64,000 bases of DNA. Source: Cladosporium halotolerans. Taxonomy: Eukaryota. The notes below the pieces were generated by a model. The model saw nothing but the letters and a program-made list of their open reading frames with translations, was not told the origin of the DNA and did not search any database. Below are positions 45,664-57,647 of the stretch, piece by piece. A program made the translations under genes and the position numbers. The stretch covers positions 682,001 to 746,000 of the forward strand of contig NW_027191457.1 in NCBI RefSeq assembly GCF_011745625.1, in the 5' to 3' direction. How positions within the stretch are numbered: the first letter of the stretch is position 1; every line of letters begins with the position of its first letter.

Positions 45664-47647
45664 CTACCACGCCAGACGACTGCCAGTTCTGCGTTCTCGC
45701 TGTCGAGAGGCTCTGTCCGCTAGCAGGTACATATTACTCTCCAGCGCCCTTAGCAGTGAACGCGAGCGCCCAGTCGTTGTGAGTAGTACCCGAACCACCG
45801 GTCGCTGTTGACCCCTTGCTTGATGATTGTCCGCAGCCGCACGCACAAGGACCTTGATGAGCTCGTTCAGATAAGGGCTGGTGCTGACGTCGTCTAGCCA
45901 TTGTATTCCGTCAATCACGATGAATGTGGTCACGTCAATCTGAGAAATCAACTGCGCGAGTGAATTCAACGCGGTTTCAAACATCGACAAAGTCTCGCTC
46001 GTCATGCCCGTCTTGCCCAAGTTCACGAGGTCGTCGGTGCTGACCCCAAGTGGGACGCCGAGCCTCAGAGGAAGTATCTCAATCAGCTGCCGAATAAGGG
46101 CATATGTCATGGAGATCAGTGCTGCCGCCTCTCTTGTGAGTCCGTTGTTCACCTTCACATCACGAGAGAGTTCACAAAACCAGGAGATAGTCGGCAGACC
46201 GATATCAATTGCATGTCCGACGAAGCTGGCAGCGACTTTGGCCATAGTGCTGAGACCGTGATGGTCTAAAGATGTAGATCCAGCCATAGCAAGTACAGGC
46301 TCATGCCCGTCAGAGACAAACGATCGGAGGCGATTAGAGACCTCTCGGGAGACAGACACTTGTGCCCCGAGCTCCACATGACGTCTGATTTGGTGGGAGT
46401 CGAAGTGTAGCTCGAGGTCGCGGGAAGCTGCCAGATATTCCTCCCTGCCGACGGAGCCCTGCAGCGCGAGTCTAGTGGGCGATGCTTCGACTGGGTTGAT
46501 AGGGCTGTACATTTCGTCTTCCGGCTTGACTGCGAGAATCTTTCTCTGTTCGATCCACTCAACTGCTCGCCCTTCTAGGAGTTCCACCATGTGGCTTACT
46601 ATAAACGCCGCCAGCGATTCCATTTTCTCAGGACTCTCCAGCAATAGAGTCTGCTTCCGGCGCTCATCGTTCGCAATCCTTTGCTCAAGTTTACGAACGG
46701 AGTCCTGCAGCTCTGCAGTCTCTCCAGCACGATCACTGGTAAAGGCCCTCAAATCAGCGTTGATCTGTTCGACGGTCAATCGAGTCACGCGCTGCTCTGC
46801 TGAGAGACCCATGTCACTCCGGTGCTTGATCTGGTTGGCGATCACCCTTATGTCCGACAGCTGCTCCTTGAAGTCTTCGTAAAAGTCCTGGCGGAGCGAC
46901 CGCAAGATGCGCTTCCACTGCTTGTCAAGATACCACTCCATGGTATCTTTGAGGAAGAGGAAGATGTGAGCGTACAGGTTGGCGATGAGCATCTGGACTC
47001 CTTCCGTGTCGTACAAATGACGGACCATCTTGCACTCTGCGACGATATTCGTCAGCTCACTCAGACTTCTGGAAAGCCCGAGAGCGATGGTTTCGTGGTT
47101 GACGCTTGCTCTGATTATCGAGTTGAGAGTCCCGGTGAACAGCGACACATATTCACTACCGGCCGGCAGTAACTCCAGCAAGTTGGAATGCGAGTTGAGC
47201 TCCGCGCAGAATTTGTGGAAATACTGTTTGGTCCGTCCATACTTGCCACTCTTGCGGTCACTTTCCCATTTGGCGGACATCTCAGCTATGAACTGCACGA
47301 TGTCGTTGACGTTAGGCGCCGGCTGATTCGCTTTGATAAGATGTCTTGCCCCTAGTCGCTCTTGGAATTCCTTCCATGCCTTGAACAGACGCACTCCCTC
47401 TGCACGTAAAGATGCACGCTGGAGCTCCCTAAGCCTCGTCAGTTCCGGTTTCTAGCCCATCAAAGAAAGTATGGCGATACTCTGCACTCGGCTGCCAGGT
47501 CTCGAAATACGCCTGCCAATCACGTTTGACGTTCTGATCAGGCTGAGCAGTGCCCGAGATGATGTGTTTGAGCTGACTTCCGTGTGGATCTTCCATATTG
47601 GAGCTGAAAGATCGGACTAAGGCTTGCGGTGAGAAGACTTCCTCCAT
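45664..47647 (-). CDS. Truncated STAND/NACHT-like protein: helical N-terminal domain, coiled coil, degenerate P-loop; intron 47429-47480
   Basis: Intron GTATCG...CTGAC...TAG restores frame (SAE|ELQRASLRAEGVRLF); NACHT-like SWFC, ALIRQL, FIVIDG, VLLTT; no GxxGxGK[ST]. Confidence 0.75.
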
Positions 47648-47950
47648 TTTGGTGTATGGACATGTGCGAGTGGAGAAGTAGTCTTGAGGTTGTAGGAGAT
47701 TTGATAAAAGCTGGTGTGTGTGATGGACTGAACCTCTCGCATCAGCTCGCATCTTGGAAGCTCGTACGGCCAACGACAGTGCAAAGATATCATACCACAG
47801 CTAAGCCTGTAGCACGGTGGATGGAGCTGAAAATGTACGTATCGTCTCGGCTAAGGTGGATTGCTTGAGGATTGCTTTTTAACCCCTCTCATCGCCCAGC
47901 CTGCTTGCCTGAAAGGCTGAACAGCTACGTCGCAGTCTCAGTTCCAAAAG

Positions 47951-50399
47951 ATGGCCCCAACACGACGGTTAGCTAGCGGCGGAAGGCGTATAGATTATTA
48001 TGATAGCCTTACACCATACGATGCGCAACCGCCCTTTATGCCTTCTGAACCCGACAGGCTTGTCGCAAAATACGTCGTGCAGCTCCCGGAACAAATTGCC
48101 GAAGATGAAACCGAAGAGGAAAAGGAGGCCGCAGAAGTCCCTGCACCTATATCATATCGTTCCGAGTTCAGACAACAGGGACAGACTATCTACACCTTCA
48201 ACACGGAAAAGCCGGTGTCGGAGTTCGCAAAGAGCGTGGGAGACATCGCTTCGGTCTTTGAAGTTGTCACCGAGTTCGATTGTGATCGCTCAGAAATGAC
48301 CTACATGGAATCAGCAAAGCCGGTCTTTTACATTGGATCTTTGCAGGGCCGGCGAAGATTGGACATTCGGTCACCAGCGATCGTCCGTGCCTTACAAAAG
48401 GTCGTTACTTATTGGCCAGGGTGTGATCTGAGCACGGAGGTCGTCCAAGTTGGTGAGCCATATCGACTTCTGGTGCATCACAGCAAAGAACTGCAGCAAT
48501 ATCAGGAAAGATCTTCTGCTTTGGTCGAGAAATGTGTGAACGAGATCAACGCGAATGAGCACCTCAGCCTACTGAAGGACTACCTCACCCAGAACATAAT
48601 GCCGGAAATCGAACTGGAACTTGAGAGGAGCAGCCGTGGGTTCGCGACCTTCGAATACCTGTGGCTTCTCTTGAAACCGGGCACCGAAGTGGTTGTCAAG
48701 GCTGTGGAATCAGCGCGAAGCTTCATTCCATATCGGTGTGGTCGTGTTGTCAAGAGTGTTGAAGGGGGCCCAGGCGAATATAAAGGCGGCAAGGTGCGAT
48801 CGTGGGAAATCAAGCTTTACTTTTTGTGCAACACTGGCTCGACCCTCGAGATTGTCAATGAAATACGAATGATCGAGGCGTTCGAAGGGGAGCGTGAGGT
48901 GACCTCTCTCGATATCGTCCCAGCCAATTGGCCAGGCCACCTTGTCGATGGAAAACCCTGGACAAGCATCTTGCAAGAACAGGGGAGGAAGACATTTGCC
49001 TTGGCAACCCCTCAATGCGCGCAACACACGGGTAAGGCTTCGGAATTCCCACATGATGAGCTCGACGGTCTAGTCATGATTGACATGAAGGCGTTCTATG
49101 CTCAATGTCCGGAAAAGCGACCCAAGGGTGAGCCGCTGGAGCAGCAGACCTCTGGAATACCGCATTGTGACTGCCCGACATGCATCAAGCGATCGGAAAA
49201 GCGACCAGAATCGCATCTCCACAGCTACACACATATCAAGATCGGGAAGAGCACCTTGATGGATCACCAAGCATTCATATACTCCACGTCTATATTTGGA
49301 TTCCACTTCAGGACCCGATCTTGGGAGCACATCGACGTTGCAAATCTTACACCCGCACAGTTCCAGACAGACATCCTTGACACATCATTGGTCATGAAAG
49401 CTCAAAGAACTAACATGCTCAAAGCGCTGTCCAAAAAATACATGCGGTCTGCAGATGAAGTCAGTATGCAACGGGCAGAATTCTGGTCCGCCGACTTCAT
49501 CGAAGGCAAGGGGAAGAGCCAGATCATTCTCCTACATGGAAGACCCGGGGTTGGAAAGACCTACACTGCGGAGTGCATCGCAGAGTACACGCGACGGCCT
49601 CTCCTGACTTTGACTTCCGCGGACATTGGAACGTCAAGTGAATATGTTGAAGACAACCTCATGTTCCACTTCACGCAGGCCCGCGACTGGGGAGCAATTG
49701 TCCTTATCGACGAGGCGGATATCTACATGGAGGTATGTCCGGAATTTAAGTGACATCAGAGAAGGATTCGGACACTTACTCGGCTGTGATAGCGGCGGTC
49801 AAACAACGATCTCGACCGCAATGGCCTCGTCGCCGGCTTTCTTCGCGCCCTCGAGACTTTCGAAGGCATGCTTTTCCTCACGACCAACCGCGTCGGCGCC
49901 TTCGACGATGATTTCACCTCGCGCATCCATGTCAAGCTTTACTATCCACCATTGCAGAATGACGACCGCCAGAAGATCTGGGAAACCTTCATCAAGAAAT
50001 TGAGCCGGGAACGCATGAAGAGTATCCGCGTCACAGTGGGCGCCAAAGAGTACATCAAAGGGCCAGCAATCCGAAATCTCGACCTCAACGGCCGAGAAAT
50101 CCGAAACGCCTTCCAGACTGCCGTTGCTTTGGCGGAGCATGAGCAAGTGCTTGATGAGGAAGGCACTATATGTGTCCAAGAGCATCACATCGAGCAGGTC
50201 GCCGACATGACGCGCGAATTCCAAGTTTATTTGGACGAACTTCACGGTAAGTACAATGCTAGAAGGAGGTATCATTTGGTGGGATAGCCAACTAATGTGC
50301 AACTTAGAGGGAAATGAAGGAAAGCGTGCCAAGAGAGTCTTTGAAAGAAGCGACCAGGCAGTTGATGCTTCCGGCGGAGCGGAAGGCAAGAGAACTTGA
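47951..50399 (+). CDS. Fungal-type AAA+ ATPase with long N-terminal region; introns 49733-49792 and 50247-50307
   Basis: Walker A LHGRPGVGKT, Walker B VLIDEAD, FLTTNR, SRIH, LNGREIRNAFQTAVALA; both introns frame-restoring. Confidence 0.9.
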
Positions 50400-50728
50400 A
50401 CGTGAACGCATCGAACCTAACGAGCGATCATGTCTTCTTTTTCCATACGATCCATAACGAGATTAACGACGCCACAACTTTTGCATGACCTCTTCACTAG
50501 GTCTGCGTTCGAATGATCCCACCCTAGTCACCAGTCCTTCGTTTTCCAGTCTAATAATGTGCATAAAGATCGCGAAACCTACCCAAACTTGCATGTGATG
50601 TTGAAGCAGAGGCGGGCGCCGGAAATTGATCTGTCGATCGGTCAGTCAAATGGCGGTTTACTCTCCATTCATCCACCCATCCATCAACTCATCAGTCGAT
50701 TAGTCGATCAATTCTGGAAAATGGGCTG

Positions 50729-50769
<41 letters not shown>

Positions 50770-50772
50770 ATT
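50729..50772. repeat. (GATT)n microsatellite, 8 perfect plus 3 further units
   Basis: Read directly. Confidence 0.95.
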
Positions 50773-51550
50773 GCCCGTTTCCGCCGTGAAAGCAACACCA
50801 CCACACGCAAACCCTGATCCGTCAAAACCGTCCCCTCACAGGCGAAAGACGTGTCCGAGCTACGATCTGGATCGTACTATACCGCTTCCCATCTACATCA
50901 AGCCGCAGCACTTCTTGCTGGCGACACGAGCTCAAGAGCACCGCGACGAGTCTCCGGGACGACCTTGACGGGTCTCGGCTTTCGCCCGGTTGGCAAGTTT
51001 TCAACCTCAAGAAACTGGGCCCTATCAGACCTACCAGAGGCAATATCACTGGGGAAACCATGAAAAACCGCGGAGCAGGCGTCTTCATGCCACGAGCGAG
51101 TCTCATTATCCAATCTCTTTCCATGCATAGTTTGACCTAGGACACGCATGCTGATGCTATTCTTCTCTCCACAATCGAACGTCCTCAGTCAACCGACGGA
51201 CCGATACTTGTCCTCCATCATACGATATGGTCACCTCCAATCACCTGCTCATTCTCAACCCCCCTCACTCTCCAATCCGAATCTGAAACGAACACTTTTG
51301 TCTACCCGCAACCCCAGCCGACACAAAATCGCCAGCAAGAACGTAAAGTAAAATACTCTTCGTTGTTTTCCACCAGGGACGTACATTTCTCCGCTACTCT
51401 TACAATCAGCACACCTCACCACCCACCCACAACTCCGCCTCCACACATCCAAACCCAACCCGAGAAAAGTAAAGTGAACAAACAAGCTCCAGGCCCGCCC
51501 GCCCTCCGCGACCAGCGCTCTTTCCTCCCCCTCAATCTGCCGCGCAGCCC

Positions 51551-53353
51551 TCAAAACTTCCCCCTAATCCACCGCCTCCACTTCCGCCCCTTCTCCCCCC
51601 TCGCCCGCTGCTCGACGACAATCGCCCCCTTCTTCTGCGGCCCCGCACTGCCGTCCTCAGTCGCATTCGAGTTCGAGCTGGCGCTCGTGCTCGGGCCCCG
51701 TCCCGCAGCCTCCCTCTCCCTTTCGACCTCCACCTCCGGCTCAGGCTCAGGCGTCTGATTCCTCAGCCCGCTCAGCCGCTTCTCAGGCGCCGGCGTGCCC
51801 TCGCGGCTCACCTCGCGCACTTCTTCTTGCTTCCCCGCGCTCAGCAGGTCCGGGCGCCAGGTGGCGTGGGAGCGGGTGTTGTGGGCGCGGCGGTTGCTGG
51901 CGGCGCGGTGGACGAGGACGGTGGATGCGGAGTCGGCGCGCGAGCGGGCGGCGGGCTTCGGGTGCGCGGCGCTGTGGCTGGGCGAGCGGGTCGGGGACGC
52001 ACTGTCGGCGTGCGTGTCGGGGAGGTGTTCGTGGGAGGAGAGGGTGCTGTTTCTGTGGTGGTTGGTGCCGTTGGTGCGCAGGCTGGGTTTGCGGAAGATG
52101 GAGGAGCCGACGGAGAGGATGGAGGCGCGCTTTTCGAGCGGCGCGGGGACGGGGGAGGCGGGGGGCGTGGAGAGCTGGGAGTGGATGCTGTTGCGGCGGG
52201 AGGAGGGGGCGGGGATCGCGGGGTGGTCGTCGTATTTGAAGTGCGGGGACCAGCCTTCGCGGAAGGAGACCCAGATGCTGGTCATTGTGATGAGGGAGCG
52301 GAGGCGGGGGTCGGTGGTGCGGAGGTCTTGCTTTGAGGTGGAGGGGTTGTTGTCGTCGGAGTCGAGGCCGTCGTCGAGGAGGGTGGGGGTTTGCTTGGGG
52401 GTTGTGGTGGGGGTTGCGGAGGCGGGGTCGGGCATTTTGTAGGTGTCGTTGATGGCGAGGGAGGTCTTGGAGAGGTTGGCGATGATCGGGTGTCGGCGGC
52501 TGTTGGGGGAGATGGTGGAGAAGTTGAAGCGCTTGGTCTCGGACTTGCTGCTGTCTTCCTTCTTGCATTTCTTGGGCACCCAGCGGACGGTCAGGCCCAG
52601 GCCGTGCTCGTCTGTCGTGAAGAATTCGTATCCGCCGTTGGCGAGCGGGTATGCCTCCCATTCCTGACCGTCCGCCATGTAGATCTTCGCCTTGCCGGCA
52701 GCGGCACCATCTTCTTTCCTTCCCTTGCAGATCAACGCGACCACATCGCGCGCCTCTTGCTCCTCCGACGGCTCCTCGCTGAAGTAGTCCTCTGCTCGGA
52801 GGATGACAAGATCGCTGGGACATAGACTGTGCTTTGCTTTGAAGACTTTTGCGGTGGCTCGTGTCAAACGAACGCTGAAGTTGGCAGATGGGATGACCTC
52901 GAATGCTGGCAGGGGCCTGGAATTGGGCGTGATTTTGTGCAGTTGAAGTAACGATCTAGGTCTTCGGTGGAATTTGTGTCTGGTCGACGATGCTGGAGGA
53001 GGGTGGCATATGCTGTAGGAGGTCTTCGGTTTGTTGCTCTTCTTGGAGCGTCGCTTGCCGTCAATGCTGCCTTCGCGAGACCCGCTCACACTGGTGCCTT
53101 GCGACTCGGGCTCGGCGAACATGATCGACCCGGTGCTTTTTGTCGGCGAGGGAGGGCCGGCGTCTTTGCCCAGCATTGAGAGTGTCGGGCGTTTCTCCGC
53201 AGCATCGTCCTGTGTTTCGTCGATGGGTTTGGGCTCCTGAGCAACGGCGAAGGGGTTGAGAGAAGCAATGAGACTGGTGGGCAGTGAAGGCACCCATCGT
53301 GCCTGCCCAAAGGAGGGTTGTTGTTGCTGCGGCGGGGCGGCGGCAGCGGCCAT
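51551..53353 (-). CDS. Hypothetical fungal protein, 600 aa; globular-looking core flanked by Ser/Pro/Arg-rich disordered regions
   Basis: Long ATG-initiated ORF with coding-like codon use; core WEAYPLANGGYEF...VRWVPK...FNFSTI...ITMTSIWVSFREGW. Confidence 0.78.
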   Translation of the reverse strand: MAAAAAPPQQQQPSFGQARWVPSLPTSLIASLNPFAVAQEPKPIDETQDDAAEKRPTLSMLGKDAGPPSPTKSTGSIMFAEPESQGTSVSGSREGSIDGKRRSKKSNKPKTSYSICHPPPASSTRHKFHRRPRSLLQLHKITPNSRPLPAFEVIPSANFSVRLTRATAKVFKAKHSLCPSDLVILRAEDYFSEEPSEEQEARDVVALICKGRKEDGAAAGKAKIYMADGQEWEAYPLANGGYEFFTTDEHGLGLTVRWVPKKCKKEDSSKSETKRFNFSTISPNSRRHPIIANLSKTSLAINDTYKMPDPASATPTTTPKQTPTLLDDGLDSDDNNPSTSKQDLRTTDPRLRSLITMTSIWVSFREGWSPHFKYDDHPAIPAPSSRRNSIHSQLSTPPASPVPAPLEKRASILSVGSSIFRKPSLRTNGTNHHRNSTLSSHEHLPDTHADSASPTRSPSHSAAHPKPAARSRADSASTVLVHRAASNRRAHNTRSHATWRPDLLSAGKQEEVREVSREGTPAPEKRLSGLRNQTPEPEPEVEVEREREAAGRGPSTSASSNSNATEDGSAGPQKKGAIVVEQRARGEKGRKWRRWIRGKF

Positions 53354-55020
53354 GATGATGTCGAATCGTAGGCAGCGTAGGGGATGTCTGCGTGCCGGGG
53401 GTGCAGGCTAGCGGAGAGCAATGGCGTGGCGGGACATGGAGAAGGGAAGTTATTGCAAGGAGACAGGCGCCGCCCACTCGCTGGCCAGCAGCAGGCTGGG
53501 CAGGTGTAGACAGTGGTGACGGCGTGGCAGCCCCCTTGGGTCGAGGCGTGCGGACTACGCTGGCTGCTGGCAGAGCGGGTGGCAGGCAATCGGATTCACT
53601 GCACCCCACAATGCGATCGGCGGTCAGCCACAGCGGCGGAGGGCGTGAAACAGGCGGCGCGACAGGGCTGGCGTGGCTGGCGGGGCGGGCTGTGCTGAGG
53701 GCGAACGAACGGTGTCCGTGGTATTTGTTGTGTGTGAGGGTAATGTGGAGGCAGTGATATGGTATGGAAACAGTAGTGGTAATGGCATGCAATACAGACA
53801 AGCAGCACGCGGTCAGCAGGACGAGGCGGAGAAGATCGAACCACTTCTTGGGCGCTGGCGGTGCTTAATGCTGCTGCACGGCGCCTTGTGCACCGCGCCC
53901 TGTTTGCGGGCTTTGCGGGCTGCTGGGCCTTTGTCGCGCGGAAGCTTCGCCCAGCTTTGTCCGCCCGGCTGCACCGGATGCCGCCTCCCGTGCCGCTTGG
54001 CATACGCACGAGATCTCATCACCACTGACACCACATCGTCGTGCATGGACGATGGACGAGATGGGCACTGTGCGCGCCGTATGGCGTGTCCGTATACATG
54101 GCGTGTTCGGGAGCCTGCCATCATAGCCCACCCTGCCACGCCGCCATCCCCTGCCCGCCGTGCCTTGCAACGCTGCCAATCTTGCCTTCTGACATCAAGC
54201 CGTGCTCACAATATCATCTGCCCAGCCCGTCGTGCCCCTCCACGCCATTTGTCTGGCTACATCACAGGTCTCGCTAAGGTCGGCACCGCGAGGGCCACAG
54301 ATACAGTGCACTAATGCGTAGTAGCGCTGCTGCCGTGCCCGTGGGACAGCCCTACGCCCCCGCCCATCGCACACGGACTCGGCACACCAGGTGACCTCGC
54401 ATCCGTCCAACACCGGTCGCGAGCGAAAGCGAGCTTCCTTCGCGAAGATCATCGCCTGCCTCCTCCCATCCGAGCCAGCCCGTCGGCAGCCCTCCTTGCA
54501 CATCTCGTTCAGTAGCTCGATACATGCAGACGCAGATCCGCGCGGTCGCCGTCGCTGGCGCAACGACCTGCAGCGGTCGGCAGCGCGCGGCCGTATGCAG
54601 TATGCTGTGCCTGTTTGTGGCTGCCACCCAAGCTAGCCATGCATAACTCGAACAAGCATTTGACACCGCCGCAAAAGTCTTTGATGACTATACAACACTG
54701 TCTTACTACTCCGTGCCGCTGTGAAAAATTTCACTGATGCGCTGTTCGGACCCCGGCGGTGAGCTGGTTGTCGGTCCACTGGCCCAGCTTGGCATCTCCA
54801 TACCGCTGCCGACCGAGGCTCGCCCGCTGCGCGATACCTCCCTTCTTTTCTGCTCTCGTTTCATTGGTACGCCCGTAAAGCAGTCTCGTTCCGCCCCAGT
54901 CCCACACTTCGACCTCTCGTGCACTAAACGGCGTCGGTGCCTGTTCCTTGCCGGCCGTGTGCTTTGACCCCATCAAGGTCGCGTCTAGACCTCCCGCTCG
55001 GCCGGACGCTTTCAGACGAC

Positions 55021-56546
55021 ATGAACATTCTCAAATCGTACACGAGTTCCACGCGCATTGGAGGTCCTGCCGTGAGGAAGTCAAAGCAGCGCGATATCGA
55101 AGCTTTGCCCAAGCCTTATCTGACATGGCTGCTTGCTTTCTTCGCCGGATGGAAGCTCTTTCTGCTGGCCGTGGCATATGCCAGTCCGGGTCCCGGATAC
55201 GACACATCCGCTCAGATATTATTCGACCAGTATGACAGCTCACCGCCGTCTACTCTATCTCGCTTTATCGAGAGTCTGGTCTTGAGATTGACCAGATGGG
55301 ACGCAATCTATTTTTCGTCCACTTCAGTGCGCGGCCACATATACGAACAGGAATGGGCCTTTAGCTGGTGCATGTCAAGGCTAACAGCCCTGCTGTCGAA
55401 CGGTGCGTGTCCGCACCTTCCAATCGTAGACTACCAGGCTAAGTATTGTCCCCAGCATTTCCTTCCTCCCTCCACCCATCGCCCATAATCAAACACGCCC
55501 TAGCGGGCATCACCATCGCACACTTCTCCCACCTCGGCGCAGTCCTCACCCTCTACGCCCTCGTCCGCAACCTCATCCCCTCCAGCCCGTCCCGCAAACG
55601 CCGCATCGCCTTCACAGCCGCCTGCCTGCACACCGTCTCGCCCGCCGGCCTCTTCCTCTCCGCCCCCTACACCGAATCCCCCTTCGCCCTCCTCACCTTC
55701 CTCGGCCTGCACGCCTACGCCCTCGCGCAGCACCCCTCCTCCTCACCCACGCGCACATCGGCACTCACCCTCGCCTCCGGCCTCGCCCTCGCCCTCTCAA
55801 CCCTCCTCCGCACCAACGGCCTCCTGCACGCCGCCCTCTTCGCCCTCGACGCCCTCTCCCTCGCCCACCGCACCCTGGCCTCCCGCACCGCAACGCTCCT
55901 CCCCCACCTCCTCAGCTCCCTGCTCGCCGGCCTCTTCCTAGCGACGGCTTTCGCCCTCCCGCAGGCTCTCGCGTACGCCGAATTCTGCCTCCCCGACGCT
56001 TCCTCGTCGCCGAGACCCTGGTGCACCGCTCTCCCGCCCAGCGTCTACTCCTTCGTGCAGAAGCACTACTGGGGCGTCGGCTTCCTGTCCTACTGGACAG
56101 CCGGCAACGCGCCGCTGTTCGCGCTCGCGGCGCCCATGCTCGCTGTCCTGCTCTTCACGGGCTGGGCTGCGGTCTTCAGGGGGAGGGATGTGAGCGCTGC
56201 CGTCCAGGCTCCTGGGAGCGGAAAGATAGCTGAAGGACAGGACGAGGAGAGGGCTGTTTTCGAGCGCGTGCTGGGCCGCTTCGCGGTGCCGCAGGTGCTG
56301 CTCGCGGGGCTGGCGGTCACGAGTTTTCACGTGCAGATTGTCAATCGGATTTGCTCGGGGTGTGTGGGCTGGTATGTTTTGGGGGCTGTGGGGGTTGTTG
56401 CTGTTGGGAATGGGGATGGGGATGGGGAGGTTGGAGGGGTATTTGGGAAGGAGAGGAGCAGGTGGGTGGAGGTCGGGGTCAGGGCCATGGTGGCGTATGC
56501 GGTTGTGCAGGGCGGGTTGTATGCGGCGTTTTTGCCGCCGGCTTGA
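55021..56546 (+). CDS. GPI18: GPI mannosyltransferase 2 (PIG-V/Gpi18); intron 55403-55455
   Basis: GPGYDTS, LTRWDAIYF, YEQEWAF, SAPYTESPF, YSFVQKHYWGVGFLSYW, FHVQIVNR, AAFLPPA C-terminus. Confidence 0.93.
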
Positions 56547-57647
56547 GGGGGTGGTGGATGGGTGCGTGGGTGGAAGGGAGGGAGGCGATGGTTGGGTTGG
56601 TGTTGGTTTTATCGGTGGACGTGAGCGACCAGCGACCACAACACGACGTTGCTTCTGGCCGAAAGGAATTCCCTTACACCCTTTTCCCCATTCTGGGCTC
56701 GAAAATAGTTTAATAACAAGATGTGGAGGGGCCACACGCAGGCTCCTGCCAGAAAGACATTCGAAGTGGTGCCATACGCATCGAAAAAGTCGGAGACTTC
56801 GCGAGCAGATTCTCTGAAAAGCCCACTTTGCGATGCAGAACACCATTCGAGAGCACCGTGTCATCCAGAGCAGGCCCAGAAATCACCAAACAGCATCTCC
56901 CGCGACCCGACCTACATTTCCCCATAACCCATTCGCCATTTCCCATTCCTCACCCCAAGGCCATCGCCATTCCCCCATCCCGTGACAGTGACCACCCCTT
57001 GGCCGATTTTCCCAATCCGTCAACCCGGCCCACGTGCTCGCGAACTCCACCTCCGCTTTTCATCTCCAGACCCCGCACCGAGCCAAGTGGAGCCACTCGT
57101 GCGCGCGCGCAAGAGAAACGACTGCACTGCCCCGTGCTTGAGGATTTTACCCATTGGCACGGATCGTTTCGCGAGAACGGTGCCGACCCACAGCTGCTCG
57201 CGTCTAGTAATTCATCAGACGCGAGGAAAGATGTGCTCGTTCCACGCAAGCAAATCGCCCAGACGCCGCTGCCCGCCGGGCGCCGCCCGCTGGTGCGAGG
57301 CCGAGGCGAGGCGAGGGGCGAGGAAGGAAGGTTTGGAGCCAGAGAGAGCTGGGCTGGGCGGGCGCGGGCTGCGGGTGGGAGGGAGCATGGGGGGTGGGAT
57401 GGGGTGAGGTCTGGAGAGTGGCCGCTTATTATATGACCTGCGGCCGTCATGCGGCGCGGCCTGGCTGGGGATCTGGGCGTTCACTTTGTGCTTTGACAGC
57501 TTCACTTTGTGGCGGCTTTGTCTGTTCACTTGATTGCGCTTACTCGCTCGATTGACCGCCTACTGTACCCAGCTGGAGTCGGGAAAGTCTGTGGTGCTGG
57601 AAACAAGACTTGAGTCGAGTGTTGCGACGCGCCATTGAACAAGCAGG

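Noticed and set aside
54681..54737. TGATGA...CTGA pair suggesting a C/D snoRNA (similar pair at 62065-62130)
   Set aside because: Short spacing, no terminal stem or identifiable rRNA guide; expected by chance
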